Shown piece after piece: positions 38,069 through 48,551 of a DNA stretch of 64,000 nt (positions are counted from its first letter, which is position 1; every line of letters begins with the position of its first letter). The notes under the pieces were generated by a model. It saw only the letters and a program-made list of their open reading frames with translations, was not told the origin of the DNA and did no database searches. The translations under genes were made by a program, and so were the position numbers. The DNA comes from Longimicrobiales bacterium (GTDB lineage Bacteria > Gemmatimonadota > Gemmatimonadetes > Longimicrobiales > Gaopeijiaceae), in contig CBDCNQ010000005.1 in the NCBI GenBank assembly GCA_965219445.1, positions 896,001 through 960,000 of the forward strand, read 5' to 3'.

Positions 38069-38998
38069 CTAAACTTGGCCGCCCATATAGAACGACGGGA
38101 CCTTGAAGAGGAGCCCCTCCCGGAGCCGGTCGCGGTTCTGCAGCGCGGCCGTGCGCATCGCATCGGCCATCGCGTTCGTACGGAGCCGCGCGTCCCTCCA
38201 CTCGGCGAGCCGCTCGAGCCGGTCGATCTCGGCCTGCTGCATCCGGTTCGCCTGCTCGACCGCCTGATAGGCGAGCACCTGCGCCACGGCGGCGTTGATC
38301 CGGCCCTGGGTCAGCGCGGCCGCGACCTGCGCCTGCTGGAGTGCCGTGTTGGACAGGTTCCCATTCGCGGTCAGGTCGTCGAACGAGCTCTGCGCGCTCT
38401 CGACGGTCGATGCGAGCGAGGCCGCGGCGTCCATCATCGCGTAGTCGAGCACCCTCTGCCGGTCGGCGGTCTCCTTGGCCTGGCGGTAGTCCTCCACCGC
38501 GCGCGACGACGCCTCGGCCGGGCGGTTACGGAACAGCTCGAGGATGTCCGCCTCGCTCACCTGGTCGGCCACCCCTTGGGCGCTCCGCCAGACGTCGGTG
38601 AACGAGCTTCCGCTCCCCATGTCACGCACCGCGTCGACCAGCTCGCCGGCCGCGCCGCTGAACTCGGAGCCCCAGTCGAGGTCGTTGCCGACGAGGCCGA
38701 TGGATCCGGCCGCGAGCTCCGCGAACGGTTCGACCAAAGCGTCCACCTCGCCGCGCGCGACGTCCTTCATGTGGTCGAGCTGCTCCTCGAGCTCGGTGAG
38801 CTGGCGGGTCATCGTCCGCATCTGGCTGAGCTGGTTCGCAAGCTGGGTCACTTGGTTCGCGATCATCTGGGCACGCTGAATCGCGCCGCCGATGTCGAAG
38901 AGGGCGTTGGCCGGCCCAGCGCTCGCGAGCATCAGGACCGAGACCAAGAGGACGGTGGTAAGGCTGCGGTGACGCATGATGAGCTCCTTGTTTGTCAT
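38069..38998 (-). CDS. T4SS VirB5/TrbJ-like secreted helical protein
   Basis: Signal peptide, Q-rich coiled coils, directly upstream of virB6. Confidence 0.55.
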   Translation of the reverse strand: MTNKELIMRHRSLTTVLLVSVLMLASAGPANALFDIGGAIQRAQMIANQVTQLANQLSQMRTMTRQLTELEEQLDHMKDVARGEVDALVEPFAELAAGSIGLVGNDLDWGSEFSGAAGELVDAVRDMGSGSSFTDVWRSAQGVADQVSEADILELFRNRPAEASSRAVEDYRQAKETADRQRVLDYAMMDAAASLASTVESAQSSFDDLTANGNLSNTALQQAQVAAALTQGRINAAVAQVLAYQAVEQANRMQQAEIDRLERLAEWRDARLRTNAMADAMRTAALQNRDRLREGLLFKVPSFYMGGQV

Positions 38999-40263
38999 TG
39001 CCGTGTCCCGGACCTGGGGACCAGGACGTCGGACGTGAACCAGATGCGCAGGCGATGGCCGGCGCGGATCGTGATCGTGGGTAGCCGGTTCAGGAACCGG
39101 TCGAGAACCGAGGTCGCGCTCTGGCCGAGGCCTTGGCCGACGCCCGTCCTCAGGCCGAACGGCGAACCGCCGGCCAGGGCGAGTCCGCTTACGACGCCGA
39201 TGGCTCCGGCGGCCGCGAACGTGCTGAAGTAGTGGCGATCGACCTGGTCCCGAAGGGCGCCCTCGCCCGCCTGGTTCAGGCCGGTGAACTCGAGGTCGAT
39301 CCAGCTGCCGTCGGGGAGCAGCAGCCGGTGGAACGCGACGGCGAGCCGGCTCTGGTCCGGGTCCTGAACGGCCCGGGCCGTGCCGACGACGCGCGTGCCG
39401 CGCGGGATCAGGACCCGCTGGCGGTCGGCCGAATAGAACGGGACCGAGACCATGGCGAGCACCGGTCCCGGGAAATCGCCCGAGAGCTGCGTGAGGAGCA
39501 CCCCTTCGAGGAACGAGCCCTCGTGGATCCGCTCCCAGCCCGGCGGGTCGGCGGGTTGCACGCTCCGGCCGGGCTCAGCCGTGCCGGGGGTGCGAGGAGA
39601 GCTTGGCGGTGCGGCAGGTCCCGGGGAGCCGGAGAGGAGCTGCCCGGCCGCCAACTCCGCTTCCAATTCGTTCTCGAGCGCCCCGACCGACTGCTCGAAA
39701 GAGGCGAGCGCCGCTTGGACCGTGTTCTCGAGGAGCGCCACATCCGCGTCGGCCGCATCGCCGGTGCCGGCTTCGGACGACTCCGCGGTCGCGTTGGGAT
39801 CCCGGTACGACTGAGCCACGGGAAGGGCACGGAGCGAGCGGGTTCTTCGCTCCAGCTCCTCCAGGCGAAGCGCCTCCCTAAGCTCCGACTCGGCCGCGCT
39901 CACGCCTGGGATCAAGGCTGCGGTGTTCGGCGTCTCCGACTCGGTCTGGAGCCGAGCCATCTCTTCGGCGGCCGCAGCCTGCCGGCGCTCGAGCTCGGCG
40001 CGCGCCCGGGCGGCGGCCTCCAGAGTCTGCCGCTCGGCCTCGGCGCGAATACGGCCTTCGAGCGATCGGCCCATCCCGTCGTCGACCGCCTGCGCCTCGG
40101 GCAGGGCTACGAGAGTGGGCGCATCTTCCTCGGGACCCGTCATCGCCCACGAGAACAGGAGTCCACCGACGAGCACGGCGATCAACACCACGCCGGCCTT
40201 CGTCACGATGCCGCCCGGCAGCGCGCCTTCCGGGGGCCGGACCCACTGCTTCCAGCGGCTCAT
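38995..40263 (-). CDS. virB10: T4SS VirB10/TrbI protein
   Basis: VLIPRGTRVVG, RLLLPDGS, GEGALRDQVDRH, PTITIRAG. Confidence 0.88.
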   Translation of the reverse strand: MSRWKQWVRPPEGALPGGIVTKAGVVLIAVLVGGLLFSWAMTGPEEDAPTLVALPEAQAVDDGMGRSLEGRIRAEAERQTLEAAARARAELERRQAAAAEEMARLQTESETPNTAALIPGVSAAESELREALRLEELERRTRSLRALPVAQSYRDPNATAESSEAGTGDAADADVALLENTVQAALASFEQSVGALENELEAELAAGQLLSGSPGPAAPPSSPRTPGTAEPGRSVQPADPPGWERIHEGSFLEGVLLTQLSGDFPGPVLAMVSVPFYSADRQRVLIPRGTRVVGTARAVQDPDQSRLAVAFHRLLLPDGSWIDLEFTGLNQAGEGALRDQVDRHYFSTFAAAGAIGVVSGLALAGGSPFGLRTGVGQGLGQSATSVLDRFLNRLPTITIRAGHRLRIWFTSDVLVPRSGTRQ

Positions 40264-41123
40264 CGGAGCGCTTCCCGCGGCGTGAACCGCCAGGCAGCCC
40301 GCTTGTCGCCGATCTGGAGCCATCCGTCGCCCAACACGTGTCGAGCGATGTAGAGGCCGTCCTCACTGAGGTCGTAGGCGACGAGCGCCGGTTCGCCGTC
40401 CCGGAGCTCATAGAGGGCCGGCGACTCCTGGGCATGCGAGCGCAGGTAGGTGAACTGCCCGTCGTGCCACATCGCCTCGACCAGGAACGGCCGGTCGGCC
40501 GCGTCCTCGTCGAGCCGGTACTCGAACGCGAGACGCTCCGGATAGCCGGCACGGAACGCCTCGATCGCCGACTCAGCCTGCGACCGGGCCTCCAGGATGC
40601 CGGCCTCGGCCGCCTCCCGGGCGCTGCGAGCCGCCTCGGCCGCCTCGGCGGCCATCTGCTGATAGGCCGCGACCTCGCTACGCGCGACGAACGCGGGACG
40701 GCCGCTGCCTCCGGAGAGCCGCGCCGCCTCTGCTCCAGACTCTACGCGAACGACCAGATGGGGCGGCCCGTCGCTCTGCTCAGCCACCAGGAACGAGTAG
40801 ATGCGCCCGGACTCGCAGACGAGCGCGATATTCGTCGCCGCGTCCGCCGAGAGGGGCTTCAGGAACGCGACGTTCGCGGCGCCCGTCAGATGCCAGTACT
40901 CCGAGTCGCCGACCACGAAATCCAGGATGTTCTCACCGGCGGGGAGCACGATCACCGTCGTGTGACGGACTTGGGTGCGGAGCCGGTGGATCCGATCCTC
41001 CCCCTCCTCCGGGACCGGCACCCGGAGGAACGCTTGGTCGTCCTCCTGCTGGGCGGTAGCCCCGGCCGGGAGCGCAGCCAAGAGAAGCGCGGTTAGAACG
41101 ATGGGTGTAGTCGGTGGTCGCAT
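40260..41123 (-). CDS. virB9: T4SS VirB9/TrbG protein
   Basis: Signal peptide; GDSEYW, FLKP, WHDGQFTYL..QESPALY. Confidence 0.85.
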   Translation of the reverse strand: MRPPTTPIVLTALLLAALPAGATAQQEDDQAFLRVPVPEEGEDRIHRLRTQVRHTTVIVLPAGENILDFVVGDSEYWHLTGAANVAFLKPLSADAATNIALVCESGRIYSFLVAEQSDGPPHLVVRVESGAEAARLSGGSGRPAFVARSEVAAYQQMAAEAAEAARSAREAAEAGILEARSQAESAIEAFRAGYPERLAFEYRLDEDAADRPFLVEAMWHDGQFTYLRSHAQESPALYELRDGEPALVAYDLSEDGLYIARHVLGDGWLQIGDKRAAWRFTPREALR

Positions 41124-41129
41124 GGCGTA

Positions 41130-43574
41130 TCAGCTCCTTGCGTTGGGGGTGGGGGTGGGATCGTCTCGGCTCGCGAGAACCTCGATGGCCCGGGCGAGCC
41201 CGTGGCGCTCGACGGCACGGGCCCTCTCCTCGGCGTCCAATGCGGACGAGGTGTAGAGCCAGTAGCTCTCCGGATCGACCTCGAGCCGGAGCACCGCCGC
41301 CCCGTCCGGGCGGCGGAGGTAGAGCTCGCGTTTGGGGATCAGGCCCCGGACCTGCGCCAGCTCCGAGTCGTTCAGCCGGAACAGCGCCCCGACCTCGTCG
41401 GGGAGCTCCGGGTTCGCGAGGAACAGCTTGGTCGGGATCGACTCGAGGAGCGCCGCAGCGCCGGGCGTTGCCGTCACGTCGACGGCGGACTGCGTGGCGA
41501 GGATCAGCGCGGCGTTCTTCTTCCGCCACGTCTTCGCCGCCTCGGCCAGGTAGCTCAGCACCGCCGGGTCCTGCAGGTAGCGCCAGGCCTCGTCCACGAC
41601 CATCAACTTCAGGCGCGCCGCCTCGGACGGGTCCTCGACCTCGAGGCGCATGCGCTCGAGCAGGTAGGAGAGCGCCGCGTCGCAGAGATCCGGATGCTCG
41701 ACCGCCCCGGCGAGATCGATCACCTGCCAGTCGGCGAACTCGAGATCCGGCGCTCCGACGGCCGGGTTGTCGAAGTAGCCGCCCCACGCGCCGCCTTGGG
41801 TCCAGCGGCTCCAGGCCGGCCACGTCGCGGACGGAAGCGAGCTTGCCAGGACGCTCAGCGTCCGCCGCTCCGGCTCGAACGCATACAGATCCTCAATGCG
41901 CGCCCGGATCTCGCTCGTATCCGCTCCGCTCGCTTCCCAACCGCCGAGCTTCAGCAGCCGTAGCACCCAGCCCGTCAGGAACTGGAACGTCCGCGTGCCC
42001 GCCGGGAGCGCGAACGGCTGAAGCCGGAGCGTCGGCTCCGCCTCGCCTGGCGAGAGCTCCAGGTAGCGGCCCCCGAGAAACCGGGTCAGCCAGCGGTACG
42101 AGCCGCCCAAGTCCAGAATCAGGACGCGCGGGTCGTACCTGAGAGCTTCGACCAGGAGGAAGTTCAGTGTGAAGCTCTTGCCCGAGCCCGTCGCGCCGAG
42201 CATCAACGTGTGGCCCACATCACCGGCGAACAGGTCGTAGTGGTACGCCGTGCGCCACGGGGTCTCCAAGACCGCGAGCGACTCACGGCCAAGGTGTTTG
42301 CTCTTAGCCCGGCCCTTGGGCGGCCCGAAGAGCGGCGCCAGGCACGCGGCCACTCCGGCCGATACGAACACCTTCCGCACCTGCCGCCCACGCGGCTGGG
42401 CCGGCAGCCGGGAGAACCAGGCCGGCAGCTGGCCGTAGCCCTCCCGGATCACCTTCGCGTCGTGCGCGGCGAACAGCCGACGCAGGTCGCCGTCCAGCCG
42501 CTCGATGCTTCCCAGCTCGCCGTGGAGCGCCACGGTCAGCGTCGCCTCGCCGTAGCTCACCCCGTCCGCTTCCAGCTCGACCAGCGCCTCGCCCAGACGG
42601 TCCGACTCCGTGGCCGCGGCCGAGTCGACCATCGCGGCGGCCGTGCCCTCCGTCTCCTGCACGTGCGCCATCATCGAGTAACGGCGCGCGAAGTAGTGCC
42701 GCTGCGTGCCACGGATCCGGCGCCGGGCCGCCTCCATCGCCCAGGGCCGCCACTCGAGCGAGACCGTCATCACCGCGTCCAGGCAGTAGAGCTCCCGGAG
42801 CAGGTTGGCGTAGGCTTGGCCGGGCGGGGACAGGAGCGAGTACAGGATCACCGGCTCGCCGTCGAGGCGCAGGTGCGAACGCTCCGCCTCGAGCTCCGAG
42901 AGGGCGAGCCGCCAGTTCATACCGCTCCCCGTCGCGCCGTCCCACACCGTGCCCGGACGGTTGATCAGCTCGGAGAGAAACCGCGAGGCTTCGGCGGGCT
43001 CGAGCATCTCGATCGGCGTGTGCTCCTCCACGAGTGCACGGCCCGCGTCCACCGTCGCGCGAAAGCGGGCGGCGGCGGCCTCGATCTCGGAACCGAGGTA
43101 GGTGGGCGCGCTCGCCCGGTGGCGCTGCCACCACTGCCTGAGACGGGAGGCTCTTCCCGATGTTGGCCCGTCGGCGACCGCCCGGAGCCGGGGATCGTGC
43201 GACCAGACCAGGTAGGCCCCGAGCCGCTGCACGCGGCGCGAGAGAAACGCGCCGCGCTTACGCTGCGACACCGCTACGATGCCGGAACCCTCGTCGTCAG
43301 CAGCCTCGGGCGAGGCCGGGCGGCGGAGTAGATAGAAGTAGAGGCGTGTGTCGGAGTCCAAACCCGAGAGCAACCGCTGCCAGCGGCCCAGCACGCGGTC
43401 GATCTGCTCGGGCGAACGCCCGTCGACCACCGCAGGCGCTAGCCGTCCGGCCGCGATCAGCTCGCCCGAGCGGGTCAGGCACGTGCGGCCGTCCTCGAGC
43501 CAGCCCCAGTAGGGCAGCTCCTCGGCCAGTGAGCCGGCCGCCTCGTGGTCCCGGAGCTCCGCGGAGATCCTCAT
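41130..43574 (-). CDS. virB4: T4SS VirB4/TrbE ATPase
   Basis: GHTLMLGATGSGKS, VVDEAW, KTWRKKNAALILATQS. Confidence 0.92.
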   Translation of the reverse strand: MRISAELRDHEAAGSLAEELPYWGWLEDGRTCLTRSGELIAAGRLAPAVVDGRSPEQIDRVLGRWQRLLSGLDSDTRLYFYLLRRPASPEAADDEGSGIVAVSQRKRGAFLSRRVQRLGAYLVWSHDPRLRAVADGPTSGRASRLRQWWQRHRASAPTYLGSEIEAAAARFRATVDAGRALVEEHTPIEMLEPAEASRFLSELINRPGTVWDGATGSGMNWRLALSELEAERSHLRLDGEPVILYSLLSPPGQAYANLLRELYCLDAVMTVSLEWRPWAMEAARRRIRGTQRHYFARRYSMMAHVQETEGTAAAMVDSAAATESDRLGEALVELEADGVSYGEATLTVALHGELGSIERLDGDLRRLFAAHDAKVIREGYGQLPAWFSRLPAQPRGRQVRKVFVSAGVAACLAPLFGPPKGRAKSKHLGRESLAVLETPWRTAYHYDLFAGDVGHTLMLGATGSGKSFTLNFLLVEALRYDPRVLILDLGGSYRWLTRFLGGRYLELSPGEAEPTLRLQPFALPAGTRTFQFLTGWVLRLLKLGGWEASGADTSEIRARIEDLYAFEPERRTLSVLASSLPSATWPAWSRWTQGGAWGGYFDNPAVGAPDLEFADWQVIDLAGAVEHPDLCDAALSYLLERMRLEVEDPSEAARLKLMVVDEAWRYLQDPAVLSYLAEAAKTWRKKNAALILATQSAVDVTATPGAAALLESIPTKLFLANPELPDEVGALFRLNDSELAQVRGLIPKRELYLRRPDGAAVLRLEVDPESYWLYTSSALDAEERARAVERHGLARAIEVLASRDDPTPTPNARS

Positions 43575-43873
43575 CGCCCGCTCCGGATCACGAGATGCCA
43601 CGGCTCTTCGGCCCACTTGCCCGGGTCGAAACGGGCCGGATAACGCGTCCCGGCGCGGAGCACGCCAAGCATGTCCGGGTCTTTGCGGCCGGCCAGCCAT
43701 CCGGCCCCAAAGCCGACCGCGAACACCACGCCGCCCGTCACCAGCGAAGCCGTCGCGTTCCACATCGCGAGCCCGAGCGTCGCGACGAGGAGGAACCCCC
43801 TACGCTCGACCCCCAGAATCGTCAGCGGACGGTTCAACGCCGCATAGCCGGCCCAGCGCCTCAGGCCCCTCAT
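43571..43873 (-). CDS. virB3: T4SS VirB3/TrbD protein
   Basis: LNRPLTILGVER, two TM helices, KDP. Confidence 0.85.
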   Translation of the reverse strand: MRGLRRWAGYAALNRPLTILGVERRGFLLVATLGLAMWNATASLVTGGVVFAVGFGAGWLAGRKDPDMLGVLRAGTRYPARFDPGKWAEEPWHLVIRSGR

Positions 43874-44160
43874 CAGAAGAGCCACGCCAGGAAGTTCGCC
43901 GCGCCCATCGCCATCCCGAGACCGAAGATGATCCCGGCCAGCGTCCGCTTGCTACCGCCCTCACCGAACGCGAACATCAGCCCGCCCACCACGATCGCGA
44001 TCAGCGACAGCCCCCTCGCGATCGGACCCGTGAACTGCGCCTGGAGCTCATTGACCGCCTCCACCCACGGGCTCGTCCCCTGCGCCCAGAGCTGACCGGG
44101 CATGAGCATCCACAGCGCGGCCCACGCAGCCGCTCGCACCGTCCTCGAGAACGTCTTCAT
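43873..44160 (-). CDS. virB2: T4SS pilin VirB2/TrbC
   Basis: SPW, FTGPIARGLSLIAIVVGGLMFAFGEG. Confidence 0.88.
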   Translation of the reverse strand: MKTFSRTVRAAAWAALWMLMPGQLWAQGTSPWVEAVNELQAQFTGPIARGLSLIAIVVGGLMFAFGEGGSKRTLAGIIFGLGMAMGAANFLAWLF

Positions 44161-44699
44161 GTATCTTCCTTTGTCCTTGGGTCAGTGGGCGGCACCTCCG
44201 CGTCGCCCCGGCTTTCCGCGATCCGCTCGCGGATCCACGCGTCCACCTCCTCCTCGATCCAGCCCACGGCGCGCGAGCCCAGCAATACCGGCCGGGGGAA
44301 GCACCCCTCGCGCATCCGCACCTTGATCGTGCTCCGCCCGAGCCCCGTGCGGGCCGTCACCTCCGGCCGCCGCAGGAAGCGGGTCGGCGGATTTGTTCTC
44401 TGTTCGATCGGTTGTTCACTCATCGCTCTGCTGCTCCTCGTTCTCCTCGCCCGTGACGAAGGCTTCCGGCGCCGGTGGCCTCGGGACGGAGTCCGAGCGC
44501 CGCCCGAGTCCAGGTCGTAGTCCGCCACGAACGCCAGAACCCGGTCCGCCGTTCTCAGCGACAGCGAGCGCCCGCCGTCGAGCTGGCGCATCAGGTTCGG
44601 GTCGCCCAGCGCCTTCAAGCCGAACGTCGTCGGACTCAGGCCCGTCCGCCCGAGGAACACCCTCACACGCGAGTCGAACTGCTGCTCCAGCGTCTCCAT
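44157..44699 (-). CDS. AlpA-family regulator with an extra N-terminal Cro-like domain
   Basis: FLRRPEVTARTGLGRSTI..FPRPVLLGSRAVGWIEEEVDAWI. Confidence 0.8.
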   Translation of the reverse strand: METLEQQFDSRVRVFLGRTGLSPTTFGLKALGDPNLMRQLDGGRSLSLRTADRVLAFVADYDLDSGGARTPSRGHRRRKPSSRARRTRSSRAMSEQPIEQRTNPPTRFLRRPEVTARTGLGRSTIKVRMREGCFPRPVLLGSRAVGWIEEEVDAWIRERIAESRGDAEVPPTDPRTKEDT

Positions 44700-45101
44700 G
44701 CCCGTACTGCTCCCGCGTCTTCATGGCCACAACGGTGAAGACCCGCATGCAAGGAAGTCAACTCATAGGAAATCTCCTAAGTGCCTGTAACGGCTAGAGA
44801 TGGCCAGTACGGTACACGAGCTGTTGGACACCGCCGCCAGTGGCATGGCAGACACACCCTCCGCAGCGCTCGCCAGAGGTTCCCGTCAAGGGTCTTAGGG
44901 CTCGACCGGGACGTCGGCCCGGGCACGGCCGACTTGGCGTCGCTCACACGGAAGTGACAGGTTTCACATGCCGGGGCGCGGGGCGGTCGCCGAGCGGCGT
45001 GCCGTGCCTGCCGCGGCAACGGTTCAAGGGCTTCGAGAGTCGCTCCGAACAGGACGACTCTTATATTTGTGGTTCGATTTGTGACGCGGAGAGAGAAAGC
45101 C

Positions 45102-45765
45102 ATGAAGAGCCTGCCCGAGCGCATCATGGAGCACGCCGAGGCCACGCCGGAGGCCACGCCGATCTGCCCGGCCGCCCTGCTTCACCTCGGCCAAAGGGCC
45201 GCGGTGGGTCAGGCGCTCTCCCGCCTGGCCCGTTCAGGCCGGCTCATGCGGATCCGCCAAGGGGTCTACATACGCCCGATCGAGTCCCGCTTCGGGCGGT
45301 GTGCGCCGGGCATCAAAAAGTCACCCCAAGCGCTTTCGGAGCTCTGGGGCGAGACGATCGTCCCGAACGGAGGAGGCGCGGCCAACTGGCTTGGTTTGAC
45401 GACGCAGAATCCCGTCCGCTCGGTCTATCTCACCTCCGGCCGCAGTGGGCGATTGCGCTTCGGCAAGCATCCCGTCGAGCTGCGCCACGCTCCCCGGTGG
45501 CAGTTGGCGGCCCCGCACAGGATGGCGGGAGTGGTGATCCGCGCCCTGGCATGGCTCGGCCCCGTTCGGCCATCAGTTGGTGTTCAAGGGCGGCACCTCC
45601 TTGTCCAAGGTGTGGCGCGCGATCCGGCGGTTCTCGGACGTCATCGACATCACCTACGACATCCGCGGCTTCGCACCGGATCTGGTTGCCGGTGCCGGCG
45701 ACGAGGCGCTGCCGCTCACGCGCAGTCAGGAGAGGCGCTGGATAAAGGCGGGCGGCCGCGACTAG
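45102..45765 (+). pseudogene. Decayed type IV TA pair: DUF6088/AbiEi-like antitoxin 5' part + AbiEii nucleotidyltransferase fragment
   Basis: ALSRLARSGRLMRIRQGVY, AANWLGLTTQNP; then LVFKGGTSLSK..IRRFSDVIDITYD. Confidence 0.8.
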
Positions 45766-45938
45766 AAGCTGACACCACAGAGGAGCCATGAGATGTGTCG
45801 ACCGCAGGATCGAACCGGATCCGCGGCCGGCCGCGGCACGAAGCCGCCCTGCCTACCGTGTGCGGGACGGCCATCGCCCGGAGTACGACGCTCGCAAGGA
45901 CACCCGGCGCGCCGGGGACACTACTCGTCCGCCGGCGC

Positions 45939-47663
45939 CTACCAGCCCACTGTGAGTCGGCCCACCAGGCTGTGGTCGGCGTCTCCCCGGCCCAAGCTTT
46001 CGCGGCGCTGGGCGTCGAGGCCGAACTGGAAGCTCATGGCGCCACCCTGCACGACAGCCAGGCCGTAGCCCAGCCGGTAGCCGCGCCCGTACTCGGAAGT
46101 CGTGACGCCGAACCTCGGGGTCCCCACCAGCCGACTCCCGACCGGCAGCACATAGCCGAGTTCGGCGTCGATGCGGTCGCCCGATCCCGGGCCTGCCGCC
46201 CCGAGCCCCTCCATCGTATCGCGGCCCCAGAGCGCGTCGGCACCGCTCATCGCCTGTCCGCCCCAGGACGGCGCCACCCGCGCCGTGAAGCCCAGCGGCG
46301 TCTGTGGCGTCGGGTCGTAGCTGAACGACACCGACACGCCCCGTTCCCTGAACCCTTCGTCCTGATGCACGAGCAGCGTCCGCACCCGCACGTCGACCGA
46401 CAGCCCCGTGAGAGGATCCGATACGATCAGGCTCCCGGCGACGTCCGCGCCCGCGCCCGTCTCGGCGTCCCCGCCGTCGCGCCTGAGCCCGACCTCGAAG
46501 CTCGGCCGGAGCGCGATCCCATGGCCGAACACATAGCCTCTCGAGGCCTCGAGCGCCGTCCGCACACGCGTCACCACCGCTTCGGTCCCAGCCAGTCGGC
46601 CTGCCGGACCGTCCACGGCCTCGCTGCCCGTCCCGACCCACAGCGCGTCCGCCTTGAACGCCAGCCCGAACCCGCCGACACCGGCATCGACCAGATCGCC
46701 CCTCACGCCCCCGGCGAGCATCGACATCGAGAGCCCGCCCTTGAGAGCGACGGGAGCCGCGAGAGACGTTGGGAGAGACAGTGCCTCGCCCGGCGTCAAG
46801 CTCAGCGAGCCCCTCCCGTATCCGGTCACGCCCCAGAGCGTGACCCGCTCCGTCAGCTTGTAGCCCACCCACGGGTGGAGCCCCGTGACCGACGAGGCCA
46901 CCTGGCCGACATCGGCTCCCTGGTAGCCGCCCAGGCCGCGCCGGTGCGAGAGCATCAGCCCCGCCATCAGCGGCCCCTTAGCGTAGTCGGCGCCGAACAT
47001 CGTCGTGCGGACCCCGCCGTCGAGCGACAGCTCGCCGTCCCGGCCGCTGAAGCGCGACTCCATCCCGCGGCTCCAGAGCGACACGCTCGCGCCCCCGCCC
47101 GTCTCGCGGTTCAGCACGAACCCCGAGCCCATCAGCACGTCGCCGCCCCCGAGACCCGTCCGCAAGAGTTCCGCACCGCTCAGATCGGACTGGACACCCC
47201 TCGTATCCCGGGCGCCCGCAACTGCGGTGGACTGAAGCCGGCTCAGGAAGTTCCGGCCCATATCGCGCTCCATCCCACGCCTGAGCTCACGGCCCGCGAA
47301 CCGGCCCCGGAAGCCCGAGGCTCTGGACGCCTCCAACCGCTCCTCCACCTGCTCCATCACGTGGAGCGCCGTCGCCCGCCCGAACCGCGCCAGGAGAGCG
47401 CGCGGCAGCGGATCGGTGTTCTCGATCGTCCCCGTCGCTTCCGCGTCAGCCAGCCGGCCCTCCGACGGATTCAAGAGCCGGAGCGTCATCGTCTCCTCGC
47501 CCTCGTCGTGCGCGTCGTCGAGCACCGCGACCTCGACCGTCTGCGACGACTCGCCCGCCTCGAACGTCAGCGTCCCGTCCGCCGCCGTGTAGTCCGTCCC
47601 CGCCGACGCCGTACCGTTCACCGTCTGGTAGTCCACCGTCACCTGCTGGAACTCTGGGGACAT
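45939..47663 (-). pseudogene. Calx-beta domain + autotransporter-like beta-barrel (C-terminal part of a large surface protein)
   Basis: VTVDYQTVNGTASAGTDY..GTLTFEAGESSQTVEVAVLDDAHDEGEETMTLRL; barrel ending in W; no signal peptide. Confidence 0.75.
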
Positions 47664-47858
47664 CGCTGACCGGCTACGACCAGCTCTGGATGCTCAAGGC
47701 CCAACTCGACCACCTAGAACCAGTTGCCGAAATGAAGATGGCAGGCTAACCAAGGAGTGCCCCGGAGCCACCACCTCCAACTGTGGCTGGGACAGCTTCG
47801 CTTGTGCGGAATTTGACCTCACCGGCGGCGGGGAAACCCTCGTCTTCACGGACAGGAG

Positions 47859-48551
47859 TCAATCGACGCCGGTCAAAAACGAGAGCACTTCGACCATCAA
47901 GTTGTTGATCACCCGGTACTGATCAGGAGTGGCTGAGAGAATGGTCGTTTCAGACTGTACATATCGCGATGGCGACAATTCTGCGCGACAGTGTGATACG
48001 ATCTCTTGCGCTGATTCTGCTGTGGTTTCTAGATGAAACTGTAGTCCGATGGCCAACTGGCCTAGCTGAAACGCTTGGTTTACACAGCCTTCGCTGCTCG
48101 CAAGGCGGATTGCCCCGGACGGTAAATCAAAAGTCTCGCCGTGCCAGTGGAAGACCTCCACGGATGGTGGAAAACGAAACGTCGACCTGCCAATCGACGA
48201 AACACCGTATATCGGAAACCAGCCAATCTCCTTCACTGGATTCGGATATACCGGAGCGCCCATCGCACTCGCGATGAGCTGCGCACCTAGGCAGACACCC
48301 AAGACCGGTTTTCCAGCTTCCATGGCGCTATGAATGAACTGCTTCTCCTGGACAAGCCACGGGAACTCGCCCTCATCGTTGACGCTCATGGGGCCGCCCA
48401 TCACGATGAGCAGATCTATACTCTCGAGATCTGGCAACTCGGTCATTCGAAAAAACGGAGTGTTCGTTACCTCGTATCCAGCCCCTCCAAGCCACGGCTC
48501 TATCATGCCAGGGCCTTCAAATGGAACGTGACGCAGGTAGTGGGCGCGCAT
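47859..48551 (-). CDS. Type 1 glutamine amidotransferase (GMP-synthase-like)
   Basis: HVPFEGPG, MGGPMSV, LGVCLGAQLIA, HWHGETFDLP, LQFHLE. Confidence 0.9.
   Translation of the reverse strand: MRAHYLRHVPFEGPGMIEPWLGGAGYEVTNTPFFRMTELPDLESIDLLIVMGGPMSVNDEGEFPWLVQEKQFIHSAMEAGKPVLGVCLGAQLIASAMGAPVYPNPVKEIGWFPIYGVSSIGRSTFRFPPSVEVFHWHGETFDLPSGAIRLASSEGCVNQAFQLGQLAIGLQFHLETTAESAQEIVSHCRAELSPSRYVQSETTILSATPDQYRVINNLMVEVLSFLTGVD

Noticed and set aside
36441..38201. 586-aa ORF (also the 613-aa ORF at 52892-54733 and the 509-aa ORF at 33534-35063) as whole proteins
   Set aside because: The N-terminal portions are Arg/Pro-rich off-frame shadows of overlapping real genes; only the C-terminal parts are credible.
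45795..47669. Long antisense ORFs (e.g. 624 aa here, 32368-33738, 60330-61517)
   Set aside because: High-GC shadow ORFs opposite well-supported genes, with no recognisable motifs.
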